Below are positions 37,183-39,846 of a DNA stretch of 39,846 nucleotides, one piece after another. The translations under genes were made by a program, and so were the position numbers. The stretch covers positions 1 through 39,846 of the forward strand of contig CAJWGZ010000001.1 of NCBI GenBank assembly GCA_913041075.1, written 5' to 3'. A model generated the notes under the pieces. The model worked only from the letters and a program-made list of their open reading frames with translations, did not search any database and was not told the origin of the DNA. Within the stretch, counting starts at the first letter, position 1; each line of letters begins with the position of its first letter. The stretch is from an uncultured Fidelibacterota bacterium. Its GTDB lineage: Bacteria; Fidelibacterota; Marinisomatia; Marinisomatales; TCS55.

Positions 37183-38022
37183 ATGATTAGGGCTATTGTC
37201 TTTTTTTACCTGGTCAGTGGTCTATATGGCCAGTCAGTACAGGTATATCAATTTCCCAGCGAATTTCAGACTCAGGAATTCTCTCCAGATATGATTACTG
37301 CAGGGCCAGGGGATTGGCTTTTTTATCTTGATAATAAGGCACGGCGTCTTGCCGCACGTTCACCTGCAGGAAATTTCCTATTCGCAGGTGGGTTTGGAAA
37401 TGATTATGATGCATTTTTTGATCCTGTCGGGCTCACCGTTTCCAACCTAGATCTGCTCGTCTGCGATCGTAGTGAAAAGAGGCTCCTGCGCTATGACTAT
37501 AAACTAAACTACACTGGCAGTATTAGCTTGGATCCATACCAGGATGGATCTGGAGTTTATATCGATAATATTTCTACAGACCCCTGGGGTTATTATTATC
37601 TCTATTCTGCAGATGACCATTTAATTCGGAGGGGCAATGCTTCTGGAATTGATCGGTTACCATTTCTGGATTTAAACCAACAAACCATTGACGAGATCTG
37701 TCTGGAGTCAATGGTAATCGTACCTAATGGTGATATAGGTCTATTATTCTCGTGTACGGGAGAAGTGGTAATATTCAATCGCCTAGGTCGAATAAAATCC
37801 AAACTGATGGTGGCTATTCCAGCACCTTTAAAATTACAGTATGTTGAAAATAAATGGGTAGTTGTCAACGCTCAGGGGCAAGGTCAGATCCTCGATCATT
37901 TAGAGACAAGTGAATTTTCAATACCAATTCGTGCCGACGAACAACTTTTGGACTGTACTGTAAATAATCGAGACTTGATATGTTTAACTAACCTAAGAAT
38001 GCTGGTACTTCAATTTGAATAG
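37183..38022 (+). CDS. Hypothetical secreted protein, NHL/beta-propeller-like repeats (tentative)
   Basis: Signal peptide MIRAIVFFYLVSGLYGQS. Segments such as FFDPVGLTVSNLDLLVCDRSEKRLLRYD resemble NHL repeats. It sits between lgt and the large downstream ORF. Confidence 0.55.
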   Translation: MIRAIVFFYLVSGLYGQSVQVYQFPSEFQTQEFSPDMITAGPGDWLFYLDNKARRLAARSPAGNFLFAGGFGNDYDAFFDPVGLTVSNLDLLVCDRSEKRLLRYDYKLNYTGSISLDPYQDGSGVYIDNISTDPWGYYYLYSADDHLIRRGNASGIDRLPFLDLNQQTIDEICLESMVIVPNGDIGLLFSCTGEVVIFNRLGRIKSKLMVAIPAPLKLQYVENKWVVVNAQGQGQILDHLETSEFSIPIRADEQLLDCTVNNRDLICLTNLRMLVLQFE

Positions 38023-39846
38023 TAGAATTATTTTGTTCGCTGCCTTGAGCAGTTATTTGACTGGGCAAATATTATCAGTAATAGATACAATCCATGTTCC
38101 AGCGACTGCTACGGAAATTCAGCTGCGTCACAATTTGATTATTGATTCAACATTTATCGTTAATGGATTAGATAATGTTCCGTTCGACTATGTACTGGAT
38201 GCAGCGCAAGGTGTGGTATCATTGCCAAGTTCTAAAAAGGAGCCAAGAACCCTGGTAGTTAGATATAATCATTTTTCTGACCTCTTACCATTACGGGTGG
38301 GACCAAAGTGGCTGCAGTTACCACTCGTGGATTCACTGATAAATAAAAATAATTTACCTATAGAAACATCCTCTAGTTCAACGCCTATTATTCAAAATAC
38401 AGATGCTCTATTTACGGCGGGCACGGTGTATCGAACTGCCAGTGTATCCCCAATAACTGGTTCTGAATTTACTGGAGGTTTGCGGATGCAGATACAGGGT
38501 AACCTGGGACCTGATTTACAAATTAGCGGCGTCCTTTCCGATCAAAATTTACCGATCCAGCCAGAAGGAAATACTAAAACACTGGATGAAATTGATAAAG
38601 TATATTTGCAGGTAAATCATGATAATTTTCTAGTAACTGCCGGGGATATTGACGTGAGTTATTCGTCAGGTAAATTCATGAATATTGATAGAAAAATGAT
38701 TGGTCTAAACAATAACTTTAAGTATAAAGAATGGTCTGGAAGCGCAGTATTTGCCGGATCGAAGGGGAAATTAAACCAGGTAGAGTTTAAAGGTGTAGAT
38801 GGAAAGCAAGGACCTTATAAACTTACTTCCGGGGATGGCAACAGGGATATTATTATTTTAGCGGGATCAGAACGGGTCTGGTTAAATGGTATGCGCATGG
38901 TCCGCGGTGAAAACAATGATTATACCGTTGATTATGCTATCGGTGAATTGACATTTATGCCCCGGCACTTGATCTATTTTGATAGCGATATTTATGTTGA
39001 ATACCAATATTCAGATGCACAGTATAATCGCAGTGTGTTGGGTACATCTATGAAAAGGAATTTGAGAAATAAAGGTAATATACAATTGAATTGGTTGAGG
39101 GAATTTGACCAGGCCTTAGCGGGCGAAGATCAAATAGATAGTGAAATCATAAACTTGTTCAACAATGTGGGTGATAAAGATGTACAAATAAGTGGTGCGA
39201 CACAAGACACCCTCGGTGCCTACGTATTTGTGGATAGTATATATGTCTTTGATCCAGCGGACACTATCTTGGGTAATCATTTCAACGTGGCGTTTACCTA
39301 TGACGGATTTAGTGGTGAATATGCACGAAAGGTCACGATTAATGGGACTCTTTATTACGAATGGATGGGCAACAATGACCTCGATCAAATGCGCCAAACC
39401 ATGGACCTTTATAGCCCGTTGAGAAAGCTGGTAAAACCAGAGAGCCAGCAGATGGTTCAGGTAGTGAGTTATCATCAATTGAATGATTGGATGAATTTAT
39501 CTTTAGAATTAGCGGTTTCAGATCATGACCAAAACAGTTATTCCAGCGTAGATGACGCGGATAATCAAGGTATCGGTCATGAGGTCGAGCTATCCGGTCA
39601 AAAAATACCGCTTGGCGAAAAGATATTCTTCGGTTACCAGGTCTCTGACTGGAGTAGGACCGGCAGATTTCATACACTGCAACGGGATCGCTCCGTGAAT
39701 TTTAATCAGGACTGGAATATCCCTGTGAGTGGGCAGGAAAGGGAGAGACTGCGCAATGTGGGTGCAACCCTTACTATTGATTCATTAGGGTCAGTCAATG
39801 GAAGTTTTTCCCAATATGAAATTGGCTCTGCATTGCGAAAGCGAAT
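38015..39846 (+). CDS. Large secreted / outer-membrane protein, 3' end beyond window (possibly SprA/Sov-like; family unverified)
   Basis: I translated this frame by hand. It is open from 37997 to the window end, more than 610 codons, with no stop, and I checked the frame at anchor positions 38486, 38891, 39470 and 39779. It is missing from the ORF track because it has no in-window stop. The TTG at 38015 gives MNSRIILFAALSSYLTGQ, which looks like a signal peptide, and overlaps the upstream stop. The sequence is beta-rich, for example GGLRMQIQGNLGPDLQISGVLSDQNLPIQPEGNT and FLVTAGDIDVSYSSGKFMNIDRKMIGL. Confidence 0.75.
   Translation, partial: MNSRIILFAALSSYLTGQILSVIDTIHVPATATEIQLRHNLIIDSTFIVNGLDNVPFDYVLDAAQGVVSLPSSKKEPRTLVVRYNHFSDLLPLRVGPKWLQLPLVDSLINKNNLPIETSSSSTPIIQNTDALFTAGTVYRTASVSPITGSEFTGGLRMQIQGNLGPDLQISGVLSDQNLPIQPEGNTKTLDEIDKVYLQVNHDNFLVTAGDIDVSYSSGKFMNIDRKMIGLNNNFKYKEWSGSAVFAGSKGKLNQVEFKGVDGKQGPYKLTSGDGNRDIIILAGSERVWLNGMRMVRGENNDYTVDYAIGELTFMPRHLIYFDSDIYVEYQYSDAQYNRSVLGTSMKRNLRNKGNIQLNWLREFDQALAGEDQIDSEIINLFNNVGDKDVQISGATQDTLGAYVFVDSIYVFDPADTILGNHFNVAFTYDGFSGEYARKVTINGTLYYEWMGNNDLDQMRQTMDLYSPLRKLVKPESQQMVQVVSYHQLNDWMNLSLELAVSDHDQNSYSSVDDADNQGIGHEVELSGQKIPLGEKIFFGYQVSDWSRTGRFHTLQRDRSVNFNQDWNIPVSGQERERLRNVGATLTIDSLGSVNGSFSQYEIGSALRKR

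Noticed and set aside
37338-37352. A sigma-54 promoter-like sequence, aGGCACGgcgtcTTGCc.
   Set aside because: The GG-to-GC spacing is 13 nt rather than the strictly required 12. The site also lies inside the coding region of the NHL-like gene rather than upstream of a gene.
39116-39677. Three listed ORFs (39116-39478 -, 39339-39677 -, 39192-39422 +) that are the only ORF-track entries after 38022.
   Set aside because: All three lie inside the >610-codon + strand frame that is open from 37997 to the window end. That frame is far longer and has a signal-peptide start coupled to the upstream gene. These three are shadow ORFs.
1-39846. Scan of the whole window for CRISPR arrays, tRNA/rRNA genes, transposases, integrases, phage genes, toxin-antitoxin pairs, and defence-type ATPase or nuclease clusters.
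   Set aside because: I saw no repeat-spacer periodicity, no cloverleaf-sized conserved RNA in the few intergenic gaps, and no ORF with recombinase, transposase or typical defence motifs. Every large ORF is accounted for by housekeeping or envelope functions.

Overview
This is a densely packed, mostly housekeeping chromosomal segment from a diderm bacterium. I call 43 protein-coding genes, 40 of them on the + strand. Many neighbouring genes have overlapping start and stop codons (ATGA, TAATG, TAGTG).

Genes I recognise, in order:
- mutS (5' end cut by the window edge), and the yicC-gmk-rpoZ cluster
- a family-4 uracil-DNA glycosylase, dnaB, and a RelA/SpoT enzyme
- an HU/IHF-like protein, ruvX and lnt
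- an EcfT-like protein followed by truA, an HtrA-type protease, and psd-pssA
- a DUF4321-like protein and tatA
- a batA-E aerotolerance-type operon, extended by a SPOR-domain gene
- uvrB and galE
- a sigma-54 activator with no sensor domain, coupled to an LptE-like lipoprotein
- asnS, a TIGR00725/LOG-like protein, acylphosphatase and nadE
- a short MscS-like channel (- strand), lepA, a CPBP protease and lgt

The gene content suggests an FCB-superphylum-like lineage: Bat operon, a PorV/PorQ-like barrel, LptE, and a sigma-54 activator next to LptE. Clear GGAG-type ribosome-binding sites argue against Bacteroidetes proper.

The supplied ORF track misses a long + strand reading frame at the 3' end. 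It is open from 37997, has a probable TTG start at 38015, and runs past 39846, so it has no in-window stop. It encodes more than 600 residues of a beta-rich secreted protein.

I found no rRNA, tRNA, CRISPR array, transposase or integrase. I also found no convincing self-contained novel system of the defence or toxin kind. The best leads for follow-up are:
1. the lgt / NHL-like / giant-protein operon at the 3' end
2. the Bat+SPOR operon, which lacks its usual MoxR/DUF58 partners
3. the sensor-less sigma-54 activator paired with the LptE-like protein
4. an EcfT-like gene next to truA with no ATPase genes nearby
5. a small degenerate zinc-ribbon ORF overlapping the lgt start
6. two intergenic inverted repeats

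All family assignments come from motifs I recognised by eye. No searches were run.
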